Positions 1 to 9,665 of a stretch of DNA of 26,548 nt are shown here, in pieces. The notes below the pieces were generated by a model. It was given only the letters and a program-made list of their open reading frames with translations. It searched no databases and was not told the DNA's origin. The stretch's first letter is position 1; each line of letters begins with the position of its first letter. Origin of the DNA: Chitinivibrionales bacterium (lineage in GTDB: Bacteria > Fibrobacterota > Chitinivibrionia > Chitinivibrionales > FEN-1185); the NCBI GenBank assembly GCA_028718065.1, contig JAQUMP010000001.1:1-26548 (forward strand), in the 5' to 3' direction. The position numbers were made by a program, and so were the translations under genes.

Positions 1-2232
1 CTTGGGATCGGGAGCGTACTTAAAGCCCACATCGATGGTATTAAGATCGAGCGGCGAGCTGGTGTTGGTATTTAAATTAAAAACACTGGAAACGGAACGC
101 CGCGTGTATTCATAGCGGGCGCTCCCTGAAAATTGTTCGGTATATTGTTTTGAGGCCGAAAGCAAGATGTAATGCCGGTCCGTTTCCAGATAAGGGTTCC
201 CCGCCGAAAAATACCCGGCGGCAATATCGGACCCGCTGGCATTCAGCAAATATCCTTTCCACAATCCGTCGACGTTCAAATTCAACGCATAATGATTTTG
301 GTCGGGGATCGCGCTAAAAACTTTGCTTACCGCGCTGGGAATCTGCGGATCGTACCAGGTTACGGTGGTTGAATCGTGTGCCGAGCTCAGCGTATCGTCG
401 GTGCCCATGTCACCCTCCGCCGAAATGCCGAGCTTGCCTCCGAGCAGGCTAACACGACCGTCGATGCAACCGGTCTGCGCGGCAATAGGACGGGGAGCCG
501 CCGGGTCGGTGACCAAAGGCCGCAAAAATGATTGCATCTGGTCGCGCGCGATAATGCTCCGGACCGAAACCGAAGAAATGGCGTTGGGCTTTACGGTTAC
601 GCCGATTAAGTAGGTAAGCTGCTGGCGTAGCGCCATGCCGGAATCGACTTTCGTATTGTAAAGATCGACCTCATGCGAACCGCTGTCCTTGGGAATCTGG
701 GTTTCGCCGGCGACGGCCCGCACCTCCACCTTTTTTACGCCGCGCCCCATCTCAATGAAATTGGCGGCATACTTAAGACCGGTTATTTTACGGTTGGAAA
801 TTGACGTTTCGGAACTGTTCTCGTAAAAATCGCCGAAAACCGCGGTCTGGTCCTGATAATTCACGGAAAGGTTGAACGTGTTTTTGCGCAGATGGGTCGG
901 CGCGTTCAGCCACTCGTTGCCGTAATAATCCATAAGCAGGTTAATGTCCGCATCGCCCCGGCGGCCGCTGGTAAAGAGCTGCAATTCCGGTTGCAGTCCC
1001 GCCAAGACGCCTTTGCTCTGTTCTCCCAGGTAGCGGGTTTGCAGACGAAGCGTGTCGTCTTTGGGATTAGGATGCGAGGTCGGCGCAAAATAGGTAAACC
1101 CGGTGGTAACGTTCCCGATAAAATTTCCCTGCGGCTCGCGCGGCGTTTGCACGGCCGAAAAACCCTCCTTAAAACCGCCTTTAAGCACGAGCGGCGCTTC
1201 ACTTTTGGGAAGCGCGACGGATTTTACACCCTCGGGAGGCTTCAGCATTTTCTGGATTTCGCCGAGGGAGACGATTTTAAAATCGAGGCCGTTCCCGAAC
1301 ACCATCTGGCGCGAGCGCGGCAGAATGGTTTCCTGGGCGATAAGACCGGTCCTGTTTTTGGTTATATCGGCGCCCACGATCGACACCGCGGCGCCCTTGA
1401 AGGCCACCAGGCCGTTGTTGTTTTTGTCAATCGATCCCCCGGTCAGGGCGAGCGAAGATTTGTCTTCGCAAACCACACCCGTAATATTATTGCGCACCAC
1501 CAGGCTTTCGGCCGTGACATCGGCGCCGCCCTGCAAAAGCAGGGCGACAACCTGACCGCCCTGAAACAGGGAGTGCGTGATCGTTACCTCGGAATTGCGC
1601 GCGACTAAGCTATGCAGGGAATTGGTCTCGAAGGTGCAATGATTAATGGAAACCGATCCGTTCTCGGCCATAACGCCGTAATTGGAATGACGGATCACGC
1701 AATATTCAAGCACCGAACGGTTGCGGCTGCGGCAGTATATCCGATCCCAATCCCAGGGATTGGGACGTTCCCTGGCGGACCGGAAAAGAACAGGGGCATC
1801 GGACGTTCCTTTGGCAAGCAACTGCCCGAACACGGTGATGGTTGAATACTCGCCGCCCATATAGATTACGCAGCCGGGGCCGAATTCAAGCGTCTGTCCC
1901 GAGGGAACCACCACGCTCCCCTCGATTAAATAGGGCCCACTCTCCTTTGTAAACTTGCCGAACAAAATACCCGCCGGTATTTTTACCGCGGCAGCCGGAG
2001 CGTTCACGACCGGTTGCACCGGCGCCGGCGCAACCGCGGCAGCTTTACTTGGAGAAACCGCCGAATCCTTTTGCGCTACGGCGGGGGAAGCCTTTTTTTG
2101 TACGGGCGACTGCTTTATTGCCGCGGCCGAATCACCCGGGAAACGCGACGGATGGCCGGAAAGGCTTACGGGAGCGGTAAAGCCGGCCTCCACAATTAAA
2201 CACACAATGGCGGTCATGGAAACAGGTTTCAT
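1..2232 (-). CDS. Large exported protein, 3'-truncated by the window edge (at least 744 aa): Ala/Pro-rich linker, right-handed beta-helix (pectin-lyase-like) region, then a probable outer-membrane beta-barrel
   Basis: Not in the ORF track because no stop falls in the window. Manual translation from ATG 2232 (GGGGAG upstream) is open to position 1: MKPVSMTAIVCLIVEAGF...SGPYLIEGSVVVPSGQTLEFGPGCVIYMGGEYSTITVFGQLLAKGTSDAPVLFRS...PWDWDRIY...IRHSNYGVMAENGSVSINHCTFETN, then alternating polar/hydrophobic strands (NTFNLSVNYQDQTAVFGDFYE, YFSAGNPYLETDR, FSGSARYEYTRR). Confidence 0.8.
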   Translation of the reverse strand, partial: MKPVSMTAIVCLIVEAGFTAPVSLSGHPSRFPGDSAAAIKQSPVQKKASPAVAQKDSAVSPSKAAAVAPAPVQPVVNAPAAAVKIPAGILFGKFTKESGPYLIEGSVVVPSGQTLEFGPGCVIYMGGEYSTITVFGQLLAKGTSDAPVLFRSARERPNPWDWDRIYCRSRNRSVLEYCVIRHSNYGVMAENGSVSINHCTFETNSLHSLVARNSEVTITHSLFQGGQVVALLLQGGADVTAESLVVRNNITGVVCEDKSSLALTGGSIDKNNNGLVAFKGAAVSIVGADITKNRTGLIAQETILPRSRQMVFGNGLDFKIVSLGEIQKMLKPPEGVKSVALPKSEAPLVLKGGFKEGFSAVQTPREPQGNFIGNVTTGFTYFAPTSHPNPKDDTLRLQTRYLGEQSKGVLAGLQPELQLFTSGRRGDADINLLMDYYGNEWLNAPTHLRKNTFNLSVNYQDQTAVFGDFYENSSETSISNRKITGLKYAANFIEMGRGVKKVEVRAVAGETQIPKDSGSHEVDLYNTKVDSGMALRQQLTYLIGVTVKPNAISSVSVRSIIARDQMQSFLRPLVTDPAAPRPIAAQTGCIDGRVSLLGGKLGISAEGDMGTDDTLSSAHDSTTVTWYDPQIPSAVSKVFSAIPDQNHYALNLNVDGLWKGYLLNASGSDIAAGYFSAGNPYLETDRHYILLSASKQYTEQFSGSARYEYTRRSVSSVFNLNTNTSSPLDLNTIDVGFKYAPDPK

Positions 2233-2259
2233 GCAATGATCTCCCCGCATCCCCAAGCG

Positions 2260-3444
2260 TCAACGGATGCGAATACTTGCCTGCGTCGTAATAATGCGAT
2301 CGTTGATATCGTGTACGGCGATCGTAAAAACATTTTGCCCGGTGCGTTCCACTTCCAGATCAAGATTAAAATCGATGCCGACCGGGTTCCGCTCAAGGGC
2401 CGTGGCGCCATTGGTCGAATTGGTCACGGTCACCTCTTTAAGCAACTTGGGGTTATCGTCCGGCAGGTTGCCGATAGAAAATGAAACGGTATAGTTGCGG
2501 CCGGATTCTTCGCGCGATGACGGCCAACTCAGGACCTCGCCCGGCAAAGGATGATTTACTTTAATAGTAAAGGGACGGCTCAAAAACTTTATTTCTCCGC
2601 TGATATGTTTTGTCTGATTTTTTGCTTTGTTCTGGGCATAGATGGTATAGGAATGGATGCCCTCTTCCACCGGTAAAATAAACTGGCCGTTTCCCTGACC
2701 GACTTCGCTCTCTTTGGCGCCATCCATTTCCCGGAAAAACGTGATTTCTTCCCCCGGCGTGCGATCGATAACCGAAAAATAGAGCTTGTCCTGGCGCGCA
2801 ATCGCGGGCAAAAAAGCGGGACTTATTACCGGCCCGACCCCGTCGGAAGCGCGTTTGTAAATTACCGTGCGCTGCATTTTTGATTGTTTTGCTCCGGCGA
2901 CGGCAATGAATTCGAGCTTGATCTCCGGTTCCGGACCGTTAACGGCAATGCTGCCCGAAAAGGAGCCGTCTTTTTTAACGATAATTTTTTTATTATTAAC
3001 GCTCAGGGCGGCATTGCACGGGGTCACATCGCCCTGGAAAGAAACCATCGTATCCCCAACGGTCTCTCCTTCGGCGGGGGAAATTACCCTCACGCGAACG
3101 GCGGCCGCATATCGAATATGGCGTGCGATGACATGCGACCGGCCATTAAGCTTGACCGTAATCGGAAGCTCCAAACCGGCATCTTCATCGGGTATGGGGA
3201 TTTTGCCATTAAAGTTTCCATTGGAATCAACTAAAATTTGTATTCCCAGCACCCAAACCTGCGCGCCCGGAACGGTCGTACCGGCAACCGGAATAAGGGG
3301 CGCGTCAAATTTCTGGCTGTCGGCCGGTATAGACACCGTCAACGGCAGCGGCGCGGCCTGCTGACTGGAGGACGCGGCATTGTCGGCGAACCCGGCAAAA
3401 ACGAATGTTCCGAAAATTATAAAAAACACATTTTTAAGTATCAT
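2260..3444 (-). CDS. Secreted protein with repeated Ig-like beta-sandwich domains (hypothetical)
   Basis: ORF 2260..3477. ATG 3444 gives a signal peptide (MILKNVFFIIFGTFVFAGFA). Repeated units such as GTTVPGAQVWVLGIQILVDSNGNFNGKI and GDVTPCNAALSVNNKKIIVKKDGSFSGSI resemble bacterial Ig-like cell-surface repeats. Confidence 0.7.
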   Translation of the reverse strand: MILKNVFFIIFGTFVFAGFADNAASSSQQAAPLPLTVSIPADSQKFDAPLIPVAGTTVPGAQVWVLGIQILVDSNGNFNGKIPIPDEDAGLELPITVKLNGRSHVIARHIRYAAAVRVRVISPAEGETVGDTMVSFQGDVTPCNAALSVNNKKIIVKKDGSFSGSIAVNGPEPEIKLEFIAVAGAKQSKMQRTVIYKRASDGVGPVISPAFLPAIARQDKLYFSVIDRTPGEEITFFREMDGAKESEVGQGNGQFILPVEEGIHSYTIYAQNKAKNQTKHISGEIKFLSRPFTIKVNHPLPGEVLSWPSSREESGRNYTVSFSIGNLPDDNPKLLKEVTVTNSTNGATALERNPVGIDFNLDLEVERTGQNVFTIAVHDINDRIITTQASIRIR

Positions 3445-3531
3445 ATACTTCCCAGCTTGCCGATTTGCCCCAACCACCCGTTTGGAGTTATTTTTGAATT
3501 GTAATAATTATAAAAATCTTACTATCCGAAA

Positions 3532-3996
3532 ATGCAAAGGTCAACATATTTGTCGAGACGACACCACAAGTACCCGGTAACCTTTATTCACGCTTTTAAG
3601 CGCATCCCTTTCCCCCGGGCAAAACTCTCCCGGCTGGTCGCGGCGCTCTATACGGGCGAACATATTAAACCGGACGGAAACGTAACCGTTGTTTTTTGCT
3701 CGGATTATTTTATTAAAAAACTCAATGCCGCCTATCGAAAAAAAAACCGGCCGACCGACGTTCTCTCCTTTGAATTCAAGGAGCCGGCTTACCTGGGCGA
3801 AATTTATATCTCGCTGGAGCGTGCCGCCGTGCAGGCGCGGCGATACCAGGTAACGCTGGGCGGCGAGCTGGAAAGGCTCCTGATCCACGGGATGTTCCAC
3901 CTGTTGGGGTTTGACCATAAAAATACCCCGGACCGTGCGCGCATGGAACAAAAAGAAAAAAAATACCGGCCGCGTGAATTTGACAATTGCAAATAA
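3532..3996 (+). CDS. ybeY: rRNA maturation endoribonuclease YbeY
   Basis: LNAAYRKKNRPTDVLSF, LGEIYIS and HGMFHLLGFDH (H3xH5xH zinc motif). Start uncertain (ATG 3532 or TTG 3550). Confidence 0.95.
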   Translation: MQRSTYLSRRHHKYPVTFIHAFKRIPFPRAKLSRLVAALYTGEHIKPDGNVTVVFCSDYFIKKLNAAYRKKNRPTDVLSFEFKEPAYLGEIYISLERAAVQARRYQVTLGGELERLLIHGMFHLLGFDHKNTPDRARMEQKEKKYRPREFDNCK

Positions 3997-4042
3997 ATGC
4001 GACCGCGGCATTTAGCGAGAAAGACCGAATGAGAATTTTACC

Positions 4043-5350
4043 ATGATTTCCGAACGGCTGTTTTTATCCTACGCGGGGCTCGCGGCAAGTTTTTTGAGCG
4101 CCGCATTTTTTGCAAGCGTAAAGCTTGTCTTTTCTTCCATTGCCGCCAGTTACATTCCGGTAAGAGCCGAACGCCTGCGCTATTTTGCGCCCCGCATTGC
4201 CGCGCTCATGGCCAATAAACAAAAATTCAAATTTACGGTCTCTTTCGGTAAACTGATTTCCAACACGGCATTCTCCATCCTGGTTTTTGCGCTCATGCAA
4301 ACCACATTCCCCGGCCTCGGCACCACCAGTATCGCCTTTGTTTCGTTTTTACTCGGCGTGGCAATGCTCGGACTTTTCGGCAACATCATCCCCGGCGCTT
4401 ACGCGCAAAGCTTTTACCTGAGCTATGCCCCGGCGGCCTATATTATTTACCTTTGCTTTAACTGGCTCTTTTTCCCGGTCACCCTCGGATTGACCGTACT
4501 GCACGCGGTGCTGCTGCGACTGTTTAAATACGACGTCAAGCTGGCCTTTTTGCCCGAACGGGAAAAGGAAATGCTCGCCAAGGCCAACGCGGCCCCGACC
4601 TCGCTTAATCAGGAAGAACAGGCCATGGTTCACAGTATCTTTGAACTAAAAAAAACGACGGTGGACGAAATCATGATGCCGCGGATTAACATAGAAGGCC
4701 TGGATTACGACGCGGCTTTACAAACCACCATCGAGATGATCAAGGAAAAGGGCCATTCTAGAATACCGGTGTACAAAGAGACCATCGATTCCATCGTCGG
4801 AATCCTTTATGTCAAGGACCTGATCGGCAGCATCGCCTTGAACGACCCACAGGCCTGGGACCTGCCGCGCCTTTTAAAAAAACCGCTTTTCGTGCCCCTT
4901 TCCAAAAAAATCGACGATCTCATGCGCGAATTCAAGCGCAAGCATCTGCACATCGCGGTCGTGGTTGACGAATACGGCGGCACGGCCGGAATCGTGACCA
5001 TGGAGGACATCCTGGAAGAAATCGTCGGGGAGATCAACGACGAATACGACGTCGAGACCAGGCCGGTAACAAAAATATCCGACACAAAGTATTTTGTGGA
5101 TCCGCAAATCGACCTCTATGATCTGGCCGATGCGCTCCATATTCATCTGGACGTTTCCGATGCCCGGTACAACACGCTCGGCGGCCTGATTTATAATCAA
5201 GTGGGCGCCATTCCCGCCGTGAACACCCATTTTGAATTTCAGGGATTGACAATTAAGATTATCGCCATGGACAATCAACGCATCGCGAATGTTGAAATCG
5301 AAATCCTTAAGCCCGGCGCCGCCGCAACCGAACCCGAAGGTCCCTTTTAA
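4043..5350 (+). CDS. Hemolysin-family / CNNM(DUF21)-CBS-CorC_HlyC protein (Mg/Co homeostasis-related)
   Basis: Hydrophobic N-terminal domain, VDEIMMPR, GHSRIPVY, AVVVDEYGGTAGIVTMEDILEEIVGEINDEYD and YNTLGGLI. Typically lies next to ybeY. Confidence 0.9.
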   Translation: MISERLFLSYAGLAASFLSAAFFASVKLVFSSIAASYIPVRAERLRYFAPRIAALMANKQKFKFTVSFGKLISNTAFSILVFALMQTTFPGLGTTSIAFVSFLLGVAMLGLFGNIIPGAYAQSFYLSYAPAAYIIYLCFNWLFFPVTLGLTVLHAVLLRLFKYDVKLAFLPEREKEMLAKANAAPTSLNQEEQAMVHSIFELKKTTVDEIMMPRINIEGLDYDAALQTTIEMIKEKGHSRIPVYKETIDSIVGILYVKDLIGSIALNDPQAWDLPRLLKKPLFVPLSKKIDDLMREFKRKHLHIAVVVDEYGGTAGIVTMEDILEEIVGEINDEYDVETRPVTKISDTKYFVDPQIDLYDLADALHIHLDVSDARYNTLGGLIYNQVGAIPAVNTHFEFQGLTIKIIAMDNQRIANVEIEILKPGAAATEPEGPF

Positions 5351-6910
5351 ATGAACTTCCCGACATTATCGGAATCCTTGCATTTTAACGGGCTCTCGGC
5401 GCTCTACCGGATCGCGCGTATACTCGGCACCGGCGGCTCCCTTCCCGATATAATGGCGTCGGTGCTGGAGATCCTTGATGTGGAGGCCGGCATGCAGCGC
5501 GGAATGATTTCGATTTTAAACGCCGACAACTCGCAACTCATGGCCGACGTTACGCACGGCATCCCCGACAGCGCCAAAGTACGCGGCAAATACCGGCTCG
5601 GCGAAGGCATTACCGGCAAGGTCGTGGCAACGGGCAAAGCCATTATCGTACCGGATATCCGGAATGAACCTGCGTTTTTAAATAAAACCGGGGCCCGTAA
5701 AAATTTAAAAGAAAAGCAGCGTTCGTTCCTGTGCGTTCCCATTAAGGCGGGCAGCCATGTCGTGGGCGCGCTTTCGGCGGATAGCGTCGCGGCATCCGAG
5801 GCGGACAAGCTCACCCCCCAGTTGCATTTTCTGGAAGCGGTTTCCGATCTTATCGCCCAACTCGTCCAGCAGCGGCGCAAACAGACCGAACGCATCGCCG
5901 CGCTTGAGGAAGAAAATTTACAACTGCGAAAAACTCTCGAGGAGCAGGGCAAACCCGCGGAAATGATCGGCAACAGCAGTTCCATGCGCGAGGTGTACCG
6001 GCAGATCGGGCAGGTGGCGCTATCGCCGACCTCGGTCCTGGTCCTGGGAGAAACCGGCACGGGCAAGGAACTGGTGGCGCGCGCCATCCACCAAAAAAGC
6101 GCCTGCGCGGACGGGCCGTTTATCGCGGTCAATTGCGCCGCGCTGCCCGAATCGCTTTTGGAGAGCGAGCTTTTCGGGCACGAAAAAGGGTCCTTTACCG
6201 GCGCGTTCAATAAGCGCATCGGTAAATTTGAGGCGGCCGGCGGCGGGACGCTGTTTCTTGACGAAGTCGGAGAAATGCCGCCCTCGGCCCAAAGCAGGCT
6301 CCTGCGGGCAATCGCCGAAAAGGAATTCACGCGCGTCGGCGGCGACGAGGTGATCCGGGCCGACGTGCGCCTTATTACGGCCACCAACCGCAACCTGCAG
6401 GAGGACGTGGGCGAAGGACGTTTTCGCGAAGACCTGTTTTACAGGATCAACGTGTTTACCATTGCGATTCCTCCCCTGCGCCAGCGCGGCGCCGACGTGC
6501 TCCTGCTTGCCGACTATTTTGTAAAAAAATACACGGACCTGCACCAGAAAAAAATCGCCCGCATCTCGACGCCGGCCATCGATATGCTTTCGGCCTATCA
6601 TTGGCCCGGCAATGTGCGCGAACTGGAAAATGTCATGGAGCGGGCGGTCCTGGTGGCCGCCAACCACACCATCGAAGGTCACGACCTGCCGCCGACCCTC
6701 CAGATCAAAGGCGTGGCGCAGCAGCAAAACCGCAAAGGCACCTTTGAGGCTATGGTGTCGGCCTATGAAAAAGAATTGATCGTAGACGCTCTCAAGGACA
6801 CGCGCGGAAACCAGACCGCGGCGGCGGAGCTGCTCGGCACCACCAAACGGGTGGTCCAGTATAAGATCGAAAATTATCAGATTGACTATAAGCGATTTAA
6901 GAAATCGTGA
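5351..6910 (+). CDS. NifA-like sigma54-dependent activator (GAF + AAA+ + Fis-type HTH)
   Basis: N-terminal GAF ([23 protein letters not shown]...FLNKT...SFLCVPIK), Walker [24 protein letters not shown], Walker [24 protein letters not shown] and a C-terminal HTH ([11 protein letters not shown]). The ATG directly follows the upstream TAA. Confidence 0.9.
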   Translation: MNFPTLSESLHFNGLSALYRIARILGTGGSLPDIMASVLEILDVEAGMQRGMISILNADNSQLMADVTHGIPDSAKVRGKYRLGEGITGKVVATGKAIIVPDIRNEPAFLNKTGARKNLKEKQRSFLCVPIKAGSHVVGALSADSVAASEADKLTPQLHFLEAVSDLIAQLVQQRRKQTERIAALEEENLQLRKTLEEQGKPAEMIGNSSSMREVYRQIGQVALSPTSVLVLGETGTGKELVARAIHQKSACADGPFIAVNCAALPESLLESELFGHEKGSFTGAFNKRIGKFEAAGGGTLFLDEVGEMPPSAQSRLLRAIAEKEFTRVGGDEVIRADVRLITATNRNLQEDVGEGRFREDLFYRINVFTIAIPPLRQRGADVLLLADYFVKKYTDLHQKKIARISTPAIDMLSAYHWPGNVRELENVMERAVLVAANHTIEGHDLPPTLQIKGVAQQQNRKGTFEAMVSAYEKELIVDALKDTRGNQTAAAELLGTTKRVVQYKIENYQIDYKRFKKS

Positions 6911-6949
6911 TTGATTTGACGAGATGGTCGAAGCATTTGTTTTTTAAAA

Positions 6950-7036
6950 ACCTCACCCCTGGCCCCTCTCCGAATCGGAGAGGGGAAAAGGGGTTGTCCT
7001 GAGCGTAGCCGAAGGACCGGGGTGAAGGGGTGAGGT
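6950..7036. repeat. Nested-palindrome REP-like intergenic element
   Basis: Outer IR acctcacccct (6950-6960) / aggggtgaggt (7026-7036); inner hairpin cccctctccg (6963-6972) / cggagagggg (6976-6985); second hairpin gtcct (6996-7000) gagcgtagccga aggac (7013-7017). Confidence 0.8.
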
Positions 7037-7074
7037 CAAAAACAACAGGAACATAGTCTCTCTGACATTCCCAC

Positions 7075-7422
7075 CTACAGGGCAACTTCTCCCCGTTCGC
7101 GCGTGCGGATGCGCATGGCGTCTTCGCAGGGCAAAATAAATATTTTGCCGTCCCCGATCTTTCCCTCGCTGCCGGTGCGCGCCGCGTCCGAAATCGCCGC
7201 GATGGTCGGCTCGGCGGACTTGTCGTCGACGGCGATTTCGATCTTGACTTTCCGGACGAAGTTTATCTGGTATTCATTGCCGCGATACACTTCGGTATGG
7301 CCGCGCTGGCGGCCGACCCCCTGGCAATCGCTGATGGTCATGCGGAAAAGGTCGATACGGCTGAGCGCCTCTTTAACGGCCTCCAAACGGGAAGGCTGTA
7401 TTATAGCCACTATAAATTTCAT
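7075..7422 (-). CDS. glnK: P-II nitrogen regulator (GlnK by linkage to amtB)
   Basis: GVGRQRGHTEVYRGNEY (T-loop, Tyr51 equivalent present), KVKIEIAV, GKIGDGKIFI and RIRT. Directly downstream of amtB. Confidence 0.93.
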   Translation of the reverse strand: MKFIVAIIQPSRLEAVKEALSRIDLFRMTISDCQGVGRQRGHTEVYRGNEYQINFVRKVKIEIAVDDKSAEPTIAAISDAARTGSEGKIGDGKIFILPCEDAMRIRTRERGEVAL

Positions 7423-7462
7423 GGTTTATTCCTTTTTGTTAAGAACAAATTACGGTTATCGT

Positions 7463-8821
7463 TCAGCCTGCATAGGCATGTTCGCCGTGCTGGCTCTCGT
7501 CCAGACCGGACATCTCTTCATCCACGCTTACGCGCAACCCGATCGTGTATTTGATCGCCAGGAAAATCAGGACCGTTACGATCGCGTCGTAGCCGATGGT
7601 CGTGGCCACCGCGATCGTCTGGATCCATAATTGTTTCGGATTGCCGTAGAGCAGGCCTTTGCCGGCGCTGTTGATGGCCGGATCGGCCAGAACGCCGGTC
7701 AAAAGCGCGCCGATGGTCCCGCCTACGCCGTGGATGCCGAAGGCATCGAGCGAATCGTCGTAGCCGAGTTTGTTCTTTACATAAGCAACCATGCAATAAG
7801 GCCCCACGCCCGCGGCGATCCCGATGATAATGGCCCCGCCCACGTTCACGAACCCCGCGGCCGGCGTTATGGTCACCAGTCCGGCGACCGCGCCCGAAGC
7901 CAGACCGAGCACCGTCGGCCGTTTGTTGACGATCCAATCGCATATCATCCAGGTAAGGGCTGCAACGGCCGTGGCCGTGTTGGTATTAATGAATGCGGCG
8001 GCAGCAAGGCCGTTCGCGGCGCAGGCCGAACCGGCATTAAATCCGAACCAGCCGAACCATAAAAGTCCTGCGCCCAGCACGGTAAACGGAAGATTGTTGG
8101 GCAGAAGCGTGGGCTCTTTGCGTTTGCCCAGCATCAGCGCTCCCACCAGCGCCGCGATACCGGCATTAATATGCACCACGGTGCCGCCGGCAAAATCCAG
8201 CGCTCCCATTTTTGCCAGGAATCCGTTGCCCCAGACCCAATGGGCAATCGGCAGATACACGAGCGTGAGCCACAGTACCGAAAACACTACCCACGCCGAA
8301 AACTTCATGCGCTCTATGTAGGCGCCGCTGGCCAGGGCCACGGTGATTGCCGCGAATGTCAACTGAAACACCACAAAAATGAATTCGGGCATGGTCATGG
8401 AAAGGGAGTTTACGGTAATGCCCTTCATCATCCATTTGTCAAGATTGCCGATGATGCCGTTCACATCCGTGCCGAACGCCATGGCGTACCCGTAAACAAC
8501 CCAGAGCACGCTCACGATGCAGAACGTTACAAACGACATGGCAATGGTGTTAAGAAGGTCTTTGCGCTTTGCCAGGCCGCCGTAAAAAAGCGCCAGGCCG
8601 GGCAAGGTCATGAGCATGACCAGCGCGGTGGCGACGATCATCCAGGCCGTATCGCCCGAATCAAGTTTCACGACCGGTGTCGCGGGGGCTGCCGCCGCAG
8701 GCGCCAACACCGACGCCACGGCCCCGGGCGTTGTATCTTTTTTGGTCGTGTCCTGGGCATACAACGCTGCCGCGCCGATAACAAACGCGACCCCGAGGCA
8801 AAGCCAAACAATCTTTCTCAT
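7463..8821 (-). CDS. amtB: Ammonium transporter AmtB
   Basis: DSGDTAW, FQLTFA, DFAGGTVVH and DDSLDAFGIHG (twin-His), WFGWFGFNAGS, C-terminal GLDESQHGEHAY, N-terminal signal peptide and a GGAGG RBS. Confidence 0.97.
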   Translation of the reverse strand: MRKIVWLCLGVAFVIGAAALYAQDTTKKDTTPGAVASVLAPAAAAPATPVVKLDSGDTAWMIVATALVMLMTLPGLALFYGGLAKRKDLLNTIAMSFVTFCIVSVLWVVYGYAMAFGTDVNGIIGNLDKWMMKGITVNSLSMTMPEFIFVVFQLTFAAITVALASGAYIERMKFSAWVVFSVLWLTLVYLPIAHWVWGNGFLAKMGALDFAGGTVVHINAGIAALVGALMLGKRKEPTLLPNNLPFTVLGAGLLWFGWFGFNAGSACAANGLAAAAFINTNTATAVAALTWMICDWIVNKRPTVLGLASGAVAGLVTITPAAGFVNVGGAIIIGIAAGVGPYCMVAYVKNKLGYDDSLDAFGIHGVGGTIGALLTGVLADPAINSAGKGLLYGNPKQLWIQTIAVATTIGYDAIVTVLIFLAIKYTIGLRVSVDEEMSGLDESQHGEHAYAG

Positions 8822-8866
8822 TACACACCTCCGGAAGTTAAAGAGTATAAAAATTCCTGATGGTAT

Positions 8867-9613
8867 TTAAAACAAATTGATGTCGATCTGCACCGTAAAT
8901 GTCGGTTTATAGGTTGTATTATCGTTAAAAATGTCATATCCGAGAATCGCACTCGCATTTGCGGCAAAATTATAGGAAAATCCAAAACTCAAGGCCCCAT
9001 AGCTGCTTTTGCTCCCCTGATAATCAAGAGCCAGCCAGAGTTTGTCGCTTATTTCCGAAATCGTCCGGTCCCATGAGAGCAGAAGGCCGCTATTATCCGC
9101 TTTGGCATTGTCGCTCATATCTAATAATAATTTTTTATTGCCGGCGTAATAACCGACCGACAAACGCCCGAATTTCCCGATTGTTTTAGCGGCAAGGCCA
9201 TAAATGATGTTATTATCGTTAATGTCTTTTTTTGTGCCGAAATCATAACCGCCCACGGCTAACGCCGGCATATATTTAAAGAAAGCATCTTCGGGCGTTC
9301 CAAGTTTTGCATTAAAATAGACGGGATAAACATGGTTGCCCCCCAAATCGCGATAGTCAATACCCACTTCCATTCCAATTTTACTAAAAGGTAAAACACC
9401 GATAGTAATTCCACCATTAGAAACCGAGCCCGTCTGGCCTCCGTTGTCATTTCCGGTATTCGTCAAATAGATGTCCCATCCAAAATGGGGATCGGCAAAC
9501 TTCTGAATATCGGTTGATGGAATCCAAATTTGTGTCGATGGCGTCGCGCCTATGGAAGCGCAATATCCCAAAATTCCGGCAATAACTAACGGAACAAACA
9601 TTCTGCGGGCCAC
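8867..9613 (-). CDS. Putative outer-membrane beta-barrel (porin-like), first gene of the amtB-glnK operon
   Basis: AAGGAGG lies 5 nt before GTG 9613. Signal peptide, then TPSTQIWIPSTDIQ, amphipathic strands and a C-terminal VQIDINLF ending in Phe (beta-signal-like). Confidence 0.65.
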   Translation of the reverse strand: MARRMFVPLVIAGILGYCASIGATPSTQIWIPSTDIQKFADPHFGWDIYLTNTGNDNGGQTGSVSNGGITIGVLPFSKIGMEVGIDYRDLGGNHVYPVYFNAKLGTPEDAFFKYMPALAVGGYDFGTKKDINDNNIIYGLAAKTIGKFGRLSVGYYAGNKKLLLDMSDNAKADNSGLLLSWDRTISEISDKLWLALDYQGSKSSYGALSFGFSYNFAANASAILGYDIFNDNTTYKPTFTVQIDINLF

Positions 9614-9665
9614 AAAAACCTCCTTGAAAAGTTTAATAAAACGACATTTCATAACCCATTTCTTT

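Noticed and set aside
172-2239. Numerous plus-strand ORFs (e.g. 892..1608, 1103..1555, 1955..2239)
   Set aside because: They are antisense shadows of the continuous minus-strand ORF 2232 to <1, which has coherent domain content.
6181-6204. GSFTGA instead of GAFTGA in the activator
   Set aside because: A common functional variant of the sigma54-contact loop; not evidence of inactivity.
5404-8870. Long opposite-strand or alternate-frame ORFs (5404..6393, 6020..6727, 7103..7630, 8171..8860 and others)
   Set aside because: They fully overlap the well-supported activator, glnK and amtB genes and show no motifs; typical of GC-rich codon shadows.
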